From Vicugna vicugna (taxonomy: Eukaryota), in NCBI GenBank assembly GCA_013265495.1, contig MU058213.1, positions 1,364,001-1,428,000 of the forward strand: a stretch of 64,000 nt of DNA, read 5' to 3'. Within the stretch, counting starts at the first letter, position 1. The number at the start of each line of letters is the position of its first letter. Under the pieces are notes generated by a model. That model did no database searches. It worked only from the letters and a program-made list of their open reading frames with translations, and was not told where the DNA came from. Position numbers and translations under genes: made by a program. Below are positions 10,713 to 24,170 of this stretch, one piece after another.

Positions 10713-13151
10713 TGACCATTCTCCTCCTTTCTTCCCTCTTCATGAAATGCTAAATGAGTGATAAAATGTTTCTTGAGATCTACCAAGTGTATTTTAGGTG
10801 TAGTGTATTTAGGACTGGAGTGTGAATCTGTTCTAGCTCTACTATGGTTGTTACTCTCTGTTGTCAAGGAATAAACAAAAAAGGCTTTCTAAAAAATGCT
10901 GGGTTTAATTCTGGGCTTAGACAATGAGACATTTCCACTTCCTCAGGGAAGAGAGGAGTCAGAAGGCTAATATATGGAAATAAGTGCCTCATGAATGATT
11001 CTTATCATTTAGACCAATTAGTGTTCTATGATTACCGTGAAACAGGCAGGACACAGCACTCAAAAATCACTAGACAGATTAAAGAAGTATAGGTGTGAGC
11101 AGGACAGAAAGGGGTTAGTGAGAGTTCATGGATGAATAGCAAGTAGCTGTATTTAATGCATTTACATGCCCAAATTCAACAATGCAAATACATTCTGCGA
11201 AAATTCTTTCTGAAAGTAAAACATTTAGTCAGAGTGTGGGGGATGGGGAGTGGCCCTTGTATCTTTAATGAGCTTTGATTCATGCAGATTTTATTATTAG
11301 CCTTGAGCAGATCTAGTGAAGTAGACATCTGAAGTTGCTATTGAGTTCCATCTGTTGATGGGGTTGAATTAGAATTCTGAAGGAGCCAATGAAAATTACA
11401 TGCAAACGTTATGGCCATTTGTTATCATTATAAAACGTGATAATGTCATTGCTGACTTACCAAGATGATGACCTGAAAGGCCATGACATTATGACATTAC
11501 ATTTTATCAATAATGAAAAATTGCTGCCTTTGCATGGTGGTTGGTGAGCTCAGGCAACCATGGAAGGGGGCTGCAGGCCTTTTTGTTTATGCCAGACTGA
11601 AAACGGAAACAAATCAGCAGTTAGAGATTCATTAGGTAGCCAAGGGAAAAAAATGGCATCTTTTCTTACTCTCTCTGCCGGGGGAGCAGGAGGACTTCAC
11701 TGACCCAAGAGATTTAATGTTTATTAGTGAGAGGCTTGCTTCCAAGCTGCTTAAATGGTGCTGTAGGTGCTTTAATAACACGTTTTAAAACTTGAGGGGG
11801 AATACATTACCCAAAGAAACTGTGATATGCGGGTATCAGCAGGGAAAGTGCCTTTTGGGGAAGGGATACTGGGACCTAGCAGATGAGTTTTCCTGCAAGG
11901 AATCGGAAACTGCTGTTGTTAAGACGCCAGTTAGCTTATTGGCTTGTTTTTCTTAGATAGGAACTAGGTTTTGTGGCTGCTGAAACATTTTTGCAATCTT
12001 ATTCAAACTTTAGAGGACATAATGGGAGCAAAAGAGTGATCCAAAATCATTCAAAACTTGGCATAGCTTAGCTGTGTTTTTCTGACCGAGAGAGGTGATA
12101 AATCTGGTACCTGAAGATGAGCTAAGAAAAACTTGAGCCCATATGCCATGGCTGAATGGTCTACAAAAGCTCTGGCTTCTAAAGCCTTCATAGTAAATCA
12201 TGCAGAGTTTGAGGCTTTTGTGACTCTTAGAAAAGATAATTTTTCACAAAATATGAGGAAGGGGCAATGTGGTAACTTGTCTAGCCTCTTTTTTTCCCCT
12301 CGCGTTTATTCTATCAGAGCTATAAAGAGTGGGCCACACGTATAAAATGCCAAGTTCAGGCTCTAATATAAAAACTTGAAGGGAATGTAAAATCTTTAGA
12401 TTTGAGGTATAAAATAGATTTTCCTCCTTTTCCCCTTTTATGCAGGTGTTTCATAGCAGACACATAAAATACCTATTTGTAGCATTCTTTCCCTTTTCAT
12501 TCTATGCTTCTACTTAGGTTTGGGGAAGTTCATATCAATATCAATTTCTTTGGACAGAAATTAACTGACCACTCTTGGTCAGAGCTGACCCACAGGGATC
12601 ATTTTAATCTACCTCCTTTGTTTTGTGCTGTTTCTGAGGAGGGTGTGTGTTTGTGTGTGCTTGTGCCTGTATGCACTGCCCCCTTCACTCAGCCTTGAGT
12701 ATCCTGATGGAGGTCATGTTTCTGAGCAGCAGAGTTCTCTCCCTGTCCTGATGCTGATCTGACTGTCCACATCCCGGGGGCCTCCAGCTCAGTCCCCCTG
12801 GTGATGCTCGCCCAGTCTGACTCTTCAATGTTAGTTAGTCAGTCTGACCCTTTTCTGGTGAGAAGCTCTTTCCAAGACTACTTGGCTGCAATGACTCCCG
12901 TTTATCCTGCAGATCTCAGCTGCAGCCTCACCTGTTCACCTCCCTGAGCACAATGTACTGATGTCTGACTCCCTCATTATGTCTCTCTCAATGCCTAGCA
13001 TGGTGTTTAGCACATTACAAGAGTTCAGTACATATTTGATGCTGGGAGCTACCCGAGAATCACTGCTGGAAATACACCTCAGTTAGCTCCCTCATTCATC
13101 CCAAAACACATAGGGAAACTCAGTACATTCTTCCCCTGCCCTAGCAAGAAG

Positions 13152-13300
13152 CATTGATTCTCAAAGTATAGTCGCCAGACCAGCAGCATCAGCATTACGT
13201 GGGAAAATGTTAGACATGTAGAATCAGGAACTCTGATATGGGGCACAGCAATTTGTATTTTAACAATCCCTCCAGACTTACTCAGGCTCAAGTTTGAAGG
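13152..13300. mobile_element. MER5A-like hAT-Charlie MITE
   Basis: 'gattctcaaagtatagtc...ccagcagcatcagcattac...aatttgtattttaacaatccctccag...caagtttga'. Confidence 0.8.
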
Positions 13301-16300
13301 GAATTTTTCAAGTTTTTTCTTGTCATCACAGTTTTAATGGGGCAATTCACAAGTATCCTCTATGCGTGAAAAATAAATAATTGTGTTTCATTTTCCTAAC
13401 TGTTCAATTATAGTTTTTATGTCCTTTCCTTCTGAAAAATCTGGAAGTAGGGGTATAGCAAGGGTACAACAGTGGCCTACCTGTTTTATCTTACTTCAGC
13501 CAGGTAAGGCCTTGTATATAGATAGAGAAACGGTTATTTGGTTTAGCATAATTTGAGAGGATACAAAAATATCTCTCCTTTTTTCTTTTGTAGGAAGTTG
13601 ATATCTAATGTTCAATCTAATGATTCCTTTGGTTTAAGATATTACTATATGACAGATATCCCTGGGAGGGATAACATGTTAACCTCTTACAGCAGTATAT
13701 TTTATTAAGAATAGGTTTGGGTAGAATCCTGGTGTTCCAGGATTTACCATTCTAAGCTTCAACAATAGGCTAGTGATCTTGAAGATTAATGACATAGTAA
13801 CTGTGTATTTTGCAGTGGGGCTAGTGACATCCATTCCTGATGGGTGAGCCTAGAAGTAATACCTAGAATCTGTATCTTAAGGCAGCTTTTGAGAAATACT
13901 ATTTGCCATTTTGCTTACTGTAAAGAAAAAGGAGAGGGGGTGATAAAATGGTTAATGGAATTATTATGAAGATTAAATACTACATGTGATAGATTTAGAA
14001 TAAGGCCAGATAAATACTTAAAACATGTGAGATATTGTGGCAATCATCTCCTTGTTCTTTTAGTATGAACTTTTGTTATGGTTTACTACTGTTCTATTTG
14101 AAGAAATTACTGCTATAGATTTTTCAAATTGGCTACTAGATTTATACATTTGAAGGGTCAAGACTTTGAGGTGGATTCATATCTTCTCAATATTAACAGT
14201 GTGCATTCTGATCAGCTAGCTAGTTTGAGCAGCAAGGAGGACAGAGCAGTCTGGGTACCTGGGGAGTAGAGGTGGACAATGGGATGTTACCTAAATGGAG
14301 AGGTAGGCACTGAAATGGGTAGTGAAATAGAAGGTGTTTGTGCTGAAGATAATTTTTGCCTGAGGTAATATTTCTGCCTTTTCAGAAAGAATTTAAGCAG
14401 TCACTTTCTAGGTTATTAGCAAATATAATTTTGGTAGAAGGAAATGTCAGGTGAGAGGTATGTAGAAAAACAACCCCCAAACTCAAAATTTTAGGCTGAA
14501 ATATTTAGAGTGGAGGCCCAAACAACAGGAGATTTTTCTACCCAATATAGTTAAATATCAAGTGCACAGATGTCCTTTAATATTCCTAGAATTCTTTCAG
14601 TAAGCTTCGGATGGCTTGCTTCCTGATGGAAGTAGAATCCCAGAACGTCTGCCAAGATGTATTACTTAATGTTCTCAGTTTCTCAAAGGTTCAGTAAGCA
14701 AAAGGGGTTATTCTGAGCAAGCTGCTGGGATGATGACAGGAACAAACACCTCAATGTATAAATTTGAGACCTTTAACCTCTCAGCTGTCAAATTTCAATA
14801 TTTCTGGTCACAATGTTAAATGCACTCTAGTATCCATTTTAGAGAGCTCTGATGGAAAAATCAAAGTTTGCTTTTATATTTACACACTGTTAGTAAGTTG
14901 TTAAAAGAAGAATAAAGCAAGGTGACTGCTAGCCATATTTTGTATTCGTGGCTTTACAGCTTCAGCATAATAAACCAGAGTCACTTATTTTCTCTGCAAC
15001 TTATAATGCACATTTCAAATGACTTAGTGTTATTGCCAGCTCTATAGCCCCTACCTTTTAAGAATGATAAACAACATATTGAGGGAAAAGTTCCAAACCA
15101 GGACAATGAAGGGTTCAGGTAAATATGGGTTAAAACATGACTCTAAGAATTTTCATTTAAAATCAAATGTGTGGGTGTACGTGAAGGACACAGCATGTGT
15201 ATGTACAGCTTATCTATCTTTCTATCTTACAAACGTGTATAATAACCTAAGGCCTATTACCAGGATGGTGAACAGGGACTTCATATTCTGTTATGTGGAT
15301 CCACAATTGCCTTTGGTAGTAGTGCCATGTTTTGTTTGGTCCTGTGCAATTCTGTAGACACGTCTTCCATCATAATGACCTTTCTGACAGCAGATGGGTG
15401 GGGGAAAAATGGTTTGAGAAAACCATTTTCCTTTCCTGCAGTAAGTAATAATTACTTGAAGTGTGTGACAACGATGGAGTGGGCAGACTTACCCAAGAAT
15501 CTGTACTAGAAACTTCCCTTGACTCTCTCATTTTATTCTTTGTTAATACACTTGTGCAGAATACAATGTTTAAATTTTGTCTTTTTAGAAATTTGTGAAG
15601 CTTGAGTTCCACAAATGTTTTCAAGTATATTTCTGGGACTCTCTAAGCTGGACCGTGTCAGGCAGGCCCCATGTAGATCGATTTTATATGTTTCTCTGCC
15701 CTACTGGGCACTGAAGCCATAGCACCATGGAAAGGGCCACCACGGGCCACTGCAGAGAGAGTGGACAGTGACAAAGGAAGCTGTGCTTCCTGTCAGGACA
15801 TGCATCATAGGTTTTGAGGAATATAAGTAATGACCATGTGCTTCTTGGGCCCAGGGAATTGCACCTTATCCATTCATACTTATTGGAATACTTGCCTATT
15901 GACATAGGAAAGTTCAATTTCTTTATGTATGTCCATTTCAAATATTGATAAACTAAACTTTTAGAGCAAAAATCATTGTGGAAAATGTGTCCAAATTTGT
16001 GGCAATAGCGATTATCCATGCACATCATGTCTCTCATAGATAAAAATGGTGAGGACACTGTCTGAGGAGTATCCTGCTTTTTCAGAGCTGTAACTAGTTG
16101 TAACTAATAGTTTAGTTGTAATAGTTCCTAATAAGGATATCTTGAACTTGAAGCATAGCCTCTTTTTTATAACCTATTAAAGACTTTTCAGTCATCTGCT
16201 TAATGTGTAATTTTCACCACACCAGCAACTTGCCGTTTACATTAGTACATGATATGCTCTCTTACGTTACTATTTCATATTCATACAATTTCCTTGGTAA

Positions 16301-16307
16301 ACTTCTT

Positions 16308-16585
16308 TTTAAAATTTTTTAATTGAAGTATAGTCAGCTTACAATATTGTGTCAATTTCTAGTGCACAGTACAATATTTCAGTCATACATATACATGCGT
16401 ATATTCCTTTTCATATTCTTTTTCCTTATAGGCTACTACAAGATATTGAAATAGTCCCCTGTGCTATATAGAAGCTTGTTGTCTATCTGTTCTGTATATA
16501 TTAGTGTCTGCAAATCTCAAACTCCCAGTTTATCCCTTCCAATCCCCTTCCCCCCTATAACCGTAAGTTTGTTTTCTGTAAGGCT
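16308..16585 (-). mobile_element. Young 5'-truncated L1 3'UTR (cetartiodactyl/camelid type)
   Basis: T-rich tail then 'aattgaagtatagtcagcttacaatattgtgtcaatttctagtgcacag'; likely TSD gtaaacttctt (16297-16307) / gtaagcttctt (16586-16596). Confidence 0.88.
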
Positions 16586-19533
16586 GTAAGCTTCTTGGTG
16601 GCTTGGTCTACTTACGGTGTCTCAAACAGCACTCCATGTTCCTAAGGCTATTTCTGTCCCCTTTTGCTTCAAATTCCTGCCTCTGCTTGACTCTTCATCC
16701 TCATCCAGTGTTTTGCATTCTGAAGCTTCTGTTTTCTGTCAAGTCCACTTTACTTTAAGCAGGCAACAGAAGCATTGCACCAAAGCACCTTAATAAAAGG
16801 TATTATATGTCATAGACTTTGATATGAGGTTTGGGGGAATCTGAGGAGTGATTTGTCACTGCACAGACAAATAATATGATAAATAAATGTAGTCAGCATA
16901 ACTGACCTGAAGTTTTCCAGACTTCTGCATAGCTGGCAACCTTTCCTTGGCCATCTTTCCTTTCATTCCCTGACTGCTTCTAGGTAACTTTTCATTCCAG
17001 GCCATGTATCTCTTCTCTTCTATTTTTCCTAGGTCGAGGGCTCTCAGCCTCCTGACTCTTAGGATGCTCCAGGAAATCAGAAAAGAAAAACTTGGTTACT
17101 TTATTATGTAAAGCAAATTGACCCTCTCTTTGTCTTACAAAGCCTCAGTCAATAAACATGGATATAAATGATTTCAATACTTGTAGAGGTGATATTTAAA
17201 GAAAACATTGTGGGATATCCCAGTGCACTGAGCTGGAAACTGGCCCTGTCACTGCTCCTTCAATATCTAAGCTATTCTTGTTGCATTTCTTACTTCTTTA
17301 TTTTCTTTACTCAATTATTTAGAAATTAACAGCAAGGGGACACTAGAATATTTTTGTGACCTTTTTCTCTGTATGCATGAAGTTCAATCAAGAAGGGAAT
17401 GAGAAGGCATTCTTTCTGAGTTGAAGGGAGAAAGGGTGGAACATTCAAACAAAAGGGAATGTTCTGACTTTGAATATATGTGTATATGCACATGCATGTA
17501 CCACAGAATCTCTTATCCAGCCTCCACTTAACTGGCTTCCCCAAGCCCTCTGGAGAGCATACTGACTGAACCCTGCAGCCAGTAGGCTGGCACCCAGAAC
17601 ACTCACACCAGGTGAGTTAATGCTTATCAAGAGATAACTGTATTTGTTCCCAAACCTGTTGATGCTGCTAGTACTTATTATTATGATTACATAACTTAAC
17701 TAAATGTTACATAAACCTTACATAATCTGTGAAATGAATGTAGAAATAACAGAGAATTGTTTCTACTAAAACTAATCTAAATGCTTTGGAAAGGCTTGTT
17801 AACATCAAGTCTCTAAAATTTTTGCTGTTGTGTAAGCTGTGGATGAGATGACTGTACATAATTGGAATGAATTAGAGAAACCTACAAATCAGATGCTTTG
17901 TTAAGTGCCTTTAGATTATAATTCTACTTTAAAGAAATGGAAACTGGAAGTTGTAGTTGAGGCATCATGAATGTAATATATGTAAGCAAGACTTTACAGA
18001 ATCCCAGTCAGAGGACCCACCCTCAGGCCTTGGCCCTGCTTCAGATGAAGTATACAAATTAATATATATATGTTTTACAATTAAACAACAAAGTTTAAGT
18101 TATGAATCCATTACCATTTTTCTTTCCTTCCTAACCAATTTTTTCAATTGGCTAATCAACCGTGGGATTATTGTAATGGTGAGAAGGCTTCTATTCCATG
18201 TGCACATCCATGGAACACTAAATACCAAATGCAGATGGAACCTCAGTGTGCTTTGGTATTAATTCTCATACCATTTCACCAGGGTATTGGTGAGGTTTTT
18301 AGACTGGAGTATCCAGGGAATTGCTGTTTAGTCTAGTTTTTGTTCTTCCATTTATATATCTTAATGTGTCAGGATGACCCTAGACTTTCTCTGATCTAGA
18401 TAATCTTAGCCACACCCAAGTCCTTGTTAAGACTGGTCACTTCTTATGTCAGAAGTATTACAGCGATGATGGAGAACACTCAGTTTCTTCATTGATAATT
18501 ACTCCAAGTTTAGTCTCTAAGTAACAGACAGAGTTTTGGCTTATGCTGCACAGGCTTATAAACTGCATTCTTAGACTCTGAGCTATTTATGTGCTTAATT
18601 GCTAACTGTAAAATCCATGTAATTGTGACAGGTGTGACTTGACTTCATTGTTAACAAACAGTTGTTGTTCAATCTCTTCAAGGACTAAAGATGAGGGATT
18701 TTATAAATTTTCATGACTTTAAGAGGGAAAAGAAGTATTGTATGGCTTAGTTTCTCACAGTTGCTTAGGAATTTCTTGCTGGTGGATTCCTGTTTAATCT
18801 TTGTGTGCCTACATTCATGTGGGTTACATAAGCTCCTTAGTAAAGTTCCATTAAGATTTATTTTATATTACTTATCACTCTCTAACATTGTATTATTCTC
18901 CATCTATTAATCTTCCTTTAGTAAATGGACTTAAGTGAAGTAGGGACTGGTAGTTAAGCATTCTTTTAAAAAGTATCATCTTTTAGATATGATGCCTGGC
19001 ACATAGTTGATATTCAATACACATTTATTAAAAGAATAAGGTTATGTTAAATGACTTCAAATACTTGAGACTAGGTTGTTCCTAGTTATTAGTTAACTTT
19101 TAAGAATTTCCATATATTCCCTTGTAGTCTTCCAGTAACACCGGTCTGAGTGACATCTGCCTGCTCCTCTGGGATTTCTTTATTTGCATAATTCTTTATG
19201 CAACAAAAGAAGAACATTCTATTAACCTGCATTCTTCTTAGGAAAGGTGCCATAATTTGTTAGAGGGAAATGCTTTGATGGAAGCTTAGGGTTAAAAAAG
19301 GACCTCCTAGAGGGGCCCTGAAGGTGGGCATGTCTGTTATGCATGGGAAGAGAGGAGTATCCAGTCTGTTGCTCTGGGGAGATAATGGAGAAAGAGAAGG
19401 AACAGAAAGCATTATAGAGACTATGAGAGACTGGCTGGAAGGCTGTAAAGTCTCTGATGTCAACTCTTCTTCTGACCCTACTCCAAAATCTTCAGTAACA
19501 TTAATTCACCAAATGCTTAGGTTTGAGTGATTT

Positions 19534-19586
19534 TGCGTGTGTGCGTGTGTGTGTGTTGTGTATGTGTGTGTGTGTGTGTGTGTGTG
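19534..19586. repeat. (GT)n microsatellite, imperfect
   Basis: Direct reading of GT/GC dinucleotide run. Confidence 0.95.
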
Positions 19587-20058
19587 GATAAACTGGCTTT
19601 GTGAAAACTTATTTGTAGGCTGAGAATTACTCTCTTAATGCACTTCTCTCTCTAAGTTATTGTTGAGAGATCAGCAAGAAAAGCCACAATTCAGATCCTT
19701 AAGCGAGGCCAGTGTTGCCAACAGACAGTCACCACTTGCTTGACATTCTCCACTTTCCCAGGCAATAAGGGACCCAGTCTCTTGGGATACAGCCTGAATT
19801 ATGCTAGATGTTACTCTGTGCATGGGAACCCCATTCCAAGTAACTTTCTTGAAAGGGAAACATAAGAAAGAACCCTTAAATCAGAGAATTTGTGGGCTGA
19901 GAATACAAAATGGGAACTGAGGCAGCGTGTACTGCTGATGGTCCGTAGGGACAGAATGATGCTTGGGCAGAAAGTTGTAGTTGCTCCCTGAAACCGCAAG
20001 AAGGGTTTAGAACACCAGGATGTCAGAGACTGAGGCTGGATCAAGATTAGCTCTCTGA

Positions 20059-20100
20059 GGGACAGGAACAGGGACAGGGACGGGGACAGGGACAGGGACA
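20059..20100. repeat. (GGGACA)7 hexamer tandem repeat
   Basis: gggaca ggaaca gggaca gggacg gggaca gggaca gggaca. Confidence 0.95.
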
Positions 20101-20719
20101 TACATACCTGGTGTGGAGATGAGCATATACTACTGCAGACACTCTTTGAGAATGAATATTTGGGTAAATGAAGATAGCCATCTGGGTCAGAGTTCCTTTA
20201 TGCTTCACACTGGGCCTATCATCAGTCAGGGAGCTAGTGAAGGAAGTTGTCAAGATGTGGTTCCAGAGATTGGTGTGTGTCAGGTGGAGGAGCCACTAGT
20301 GTCAGCCACCCTGCTCCCCCCACCTCCAAGGGGGCTGCCCTCTCCTCCAGCTGCTAAGCCAAGGTCCATATGCCCCGAGAGAAGCCACTCTGAGGCACTT
20401 CAAGTTTCAGAAGATAGAGATGTGTATTTTTTAAAAAATTGGAATAAGTGCTGCTTTTTCTAAATGTAGCAGAAAGGCCTGATTTTCTTGATAACTCTTT
20501 CCTATTGACTGCTAAGAGTGATGTGAGCATTTTATTGAAGAACTGACTTCAGTGAGCCACAGTTGGGATATTTGAGTGGCAGACTCCCTAGAGCAGATCC
20601 AGAGGCTGTAGAGTGCTAGAGCTGCAAAGCTATAGTTAGGCATGCCTGCCTTTTTAGCATGCTATAGAGCTTTTGTTCTCATTTCTATTATTATGATTAT
20701 TATATCATATTGTATGTAA

Positions 20720-20860
20720 TTATCAGAGCCATCTCTCCCAATTTGTTGCAAACTGCTTGAGAACAAGGACCAAATCTTACTTATCTTTTTATCTTCAGCA
20801 CTTTGGACAGGGCCCTGGACCATGAAACATGCTCATTAAATGTGGGTGGAATGAATAAAT
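20720..20860 (+). mobile_element. L2 3' tail fragment
   Basis: 'tgcttgagaacaaggacc...atgctcattaaatgtgggtggaatgaataaat'. Confidence 0.7.
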
Positions 20861-21389
20861 AGATAGATGGTTCTGATCTCCTTACTTTCACATGAGGACA
20901 CTAAGACTTTCCCAGACACAGAATGAGTTGGTGGCAGAATGAAGACTGGAAATAACTTTTTTGATTTAAGGGTCCTTTCTTAGGTTTCCCTTTCAGGAAA
21001 TTTACTTGGAATGGGGTCCACCTGCAGAGTAACACCTAGTATGCTTCAGGCTGTATCCAAAAAGATTGGGTCACTTATTGCCTGGGTAAGTGGAGAATGA
21101 CAAGCAGATGGTGGGAATTGTCTGTTGGCAGCACTGGCCTCGCCTAAGGATCTGAATTGAGGCTTTCCTTGCTCATCCCTGAACAACAACTTGAAGTGAA
21201 AAATACATTAAGAGATCAAATGCTTCTGTAAAGCTGCCCAGTGGATATTTAAGAACTATTTTGTGGAATGAAGAGAGTAGTGCCACTGGGGTGAGAGCCG
21301 AGGGAGGCAAGAGACTCCTTGGTTCAGGTCTGCTCCACTGGGAGACTTGAAAATTGTTGTTGAGGCTGTTGTTTTCCTGACACATTGCT

Positions 21390-22185
21390 TTCTACCTAGC
21401 AGCCAGAATTAGCTTCCAAAACACAAGTTCAATGATGCTACATCTCTGTGCAAAACACTACAATGGCTTCCTCAGAATGAAAGCTGGGGTTTGGCAATGG
21501 TCCACAAAGCCCTACGTGATGTAGGGGTAGCCCTCCATTACATCCTATTACTCCAACTTTGTCTCTTACCCTTCCCCACTTGCTTGCTGTGTTTCAGCAC
21601 AATGGTCCTTGCTGTATATTGCGTATCCCAAGTGCATCCCTTACTACCTTTGCAAGGACCATCTCTTCTTTCTGTTGTGCTGTTCCCCCAGATATCTGCC
21701 TGGCTTGCTCCCTCCTGGAGCTCACTTCATTTAGGGCTCAGCCTAAATATTTCCTTGTCAGAGTCTTCCTTGATCACCTTTTTTAAATTAGCAGGGGTGT
21801 AGGGGTATAGGTCAGTGGTAGAGTGCATGCTTAGCATGCATGAGGTTCCAGGTTCAATTCCAGTACCTCTGTTTTTTTAAAAAAGGAACTACTAGTTTCC
21901 TTTAAAAAATAAAATAAAACAGCAGCTCCTCATTTCAATCACTCTGTCATTCTCTGTCTTATTTATTTTATTTTTCTTCATTTAATTTATCACTACCTTT
22001 CCTCCCTTCCTCCCTTCTTCTTTACTTCCTTCCTTCCCTTGTTATATAGCTTCCCTGGCTAGAATAAAGCTTTATGAGAACAGAGTTTTATCTCTCTTCT
22101 GAACTGCTGTATCCCAAGCATCTAAAACAATGCCTGACACATAGTAGTACTTAATAAGTATTTGTTGAATTAATTATTAACTGAA
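21390..22185 (+). mobile_element. L2a 3' region (interrupted by a SINE)
   Basis: 'cagccagaattagcttccaaa...caatggcttcc...ctagaataaagctttatgagaacag...aatgcctgacacatagtagtacttaataagtatttgttgaat'. Confidence 0.85.
21795..21914 (+). mobile_element. tRNA-Ala-derived SINE (camelid vic-1 type)
   Basis: Pol III A box (taggtcagtggtagag), AGC anticodon-arm-like tgcatgcttagcatgca, B box (ggttcaattcc), A-rich tail; likely TSD taaattagcag (21784-21794) / taaaacagcag (21915-21925). Confidence 0.88.
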
Positions 22186-24039
22186 TGGCTTTGACTATAT
22201 AGGTTCAGAGTATTCAAAATAATTTAATAGAGCCCAAGTTTACCATCAATATTAGGGTACAGTTATTGCATTGAGTTTGGCATTAGAATGCTTGAATTTC
22301 AGTGATACTGGCATGTACTCTGCCTGGCTTTTGGCCTGGACTCCCTCTGAATATAGGTGAGTGGACACTAAGCAGACTGTTGCCAAATTATTGTTTGAGT
22401 TAAGCCCTTTTCTGTGCAGTTAATTTTAGGGATGGGTGGAGGTCACTGATAGCAAAATGGAATGTCAGATTAGTCTTGGTCTTCGTATACCAGCAGCATC
22501 TACAGCAGATGAATGATTTGCCGTCTTTTTATTGTAAATGTTTTTTGTACTTTTTTTTTATCATTCTGTTAGAAAATGTCAAGTAGCAAATACCACTTCT
22601 GACAATTTTTCTTATGCACTGCACACCAAGTTTCCTGTTTGATGGAGAGGGGTTGAAGCCCCAGGGATAGCTTGGAGGGAGTGGAAAGTAAAGAAAGCAG
22701 GATGGAAAACAGATTTGTAAAGATAAAGTTACTTCATCTCTCTGCTATTTGTACCAGACAGAGCTACATGTGAAAAGAAATCACCCAAATTCTGTCCTCC
22801 TTTCTCACTCTCTGCTTGGTTCCAATAGATAACCACTCAGTTGTTAGCTGATGGCCTCCAAAACTGCCAGGCCATGTGGCTGACTAAATGGCTTTATAGC
22901 TGTTGAGGAAGCCTTGGAGGGAGGGGCAGGAAATACCTGGCAGCAGCAGTATACAAAACCTCACCAGCCCACCCGCACAGACTGAGCTGGAATTTAAAGC
23001 CTCAGACATGATATGCTTCATTACACAAGGGCTGATGAAAAGCAGGTATATCATTCTTATTCTTCCTTTTGTCTCCATCCCTACAACCTGACAAGTGTCT
23101 GTTCTTGACATGCACACAAGTCTTGTTTCTAGTGCTTTCTTGGGCTCATTCTACTGTTGCTCATCAGTTAAATTTAGTCTTCCCATATGGTAACAAGAGG
23201 ATATTTTTCAAGGATAGTGTAACCAATATCTTTTCACTGTATTTGTAAGTAGTTAAAAGTTCTATCACCCAAATTTATTTTAACAGACTGTGAGTCTCTA
23301 GTACTTTAAGACCACAACATTTGGATGGTACACCCTGATGGTTGAGGTAATTAAATTAATCCACAAGTTTTTGTTACATTATATGCATCTAATATTGTGA
23401 TAGAAACCTTGGTATTCATTAATATACCCACTTTATAAAGGAGCCCAAAAGCCTCTGGAAACTTGGTGTATCCACCTATGTATTCCTCACTGGCATAGGG
23501 TTAATGATTGTCCCTTTTGAGAATACATGTACTCATTTTTGTGCCTTTATTATTACTATCTCTTTTTGCCATCTCTTTGTCCTCTTCTTTCCTCTGGACT
23601 CCAACAGAGATACACAAACAGTCATTAAAATTGTATTTGTTTTTTTTCAAGAGAAAGCTCAAAATCCAAAAAAGGAAAGTCTTCCTAGTATTCCAAGTTG
23701 GTAATTAGACTGAAGATGTCCCCATTTCTGAACTGCAGGCAATTTGACAATGTGACAAGTTTACCTAGTTGGTCAAAATCCCCAACACTCTCTTGAGCAA
23801 TGACCCAGGGCAGATCTTACCTGCTAGTTCTAACGATTATCTAGGGTTAAGCAATAGCTTGGTCCCACAGATCAGGTCAGTAGAACTTAAGGTAGGCTAA
23901 AGGGAGGGGAGCATCAGGAGGCTCAGTTAGACTAGTGAGAATGCATCCTCTCTTTAGGGGCCTTCTCATCCTTCTACATGGGACCACAGTCTTTGTGGTA
24001 TCATAGTATTTTAGTATTTTAGTCATAAGACATTTCATC

Positions 24040-24170
24040 TTCAACTTAATCTCTTTCCCAGTGCATCATAAACTCCTTCAGAAAAGGAACAAATTCTTAA
24101 TGTTTTTCTCCTTCATAGTGTTTTGCACATAGTAGGCACTCAATGTTTGTCAGAATGAATGTAAATGAAG
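24040..24170 (+). mobile_element. L2 3' tail fragment
   Basis: 'gcacatagtaggcactcaatgtttgtcagaatgaatg'. Confidence 0.7.

Noticed and set aside
17010..17100. Exon after acceptor-like tcttctatttttcctag
   Set aside because: No convincing downstream donor or recognisable peptide; such acceptors are common in intronic DNA
20600..20675. Possible hairpin / pre-miRNA (aaagctatag...ctatagagcttt)
   Set aside because: Arms are short and interrupted; no continuous stem long enough for a pre-miRNA
21795..21870. tRNA-Ala(AGC) gene
   Set aside because: Acceptor stem does not pair cleanly, and it has an A-rich tail, a TSD and a second diverged copy: it is a SINE
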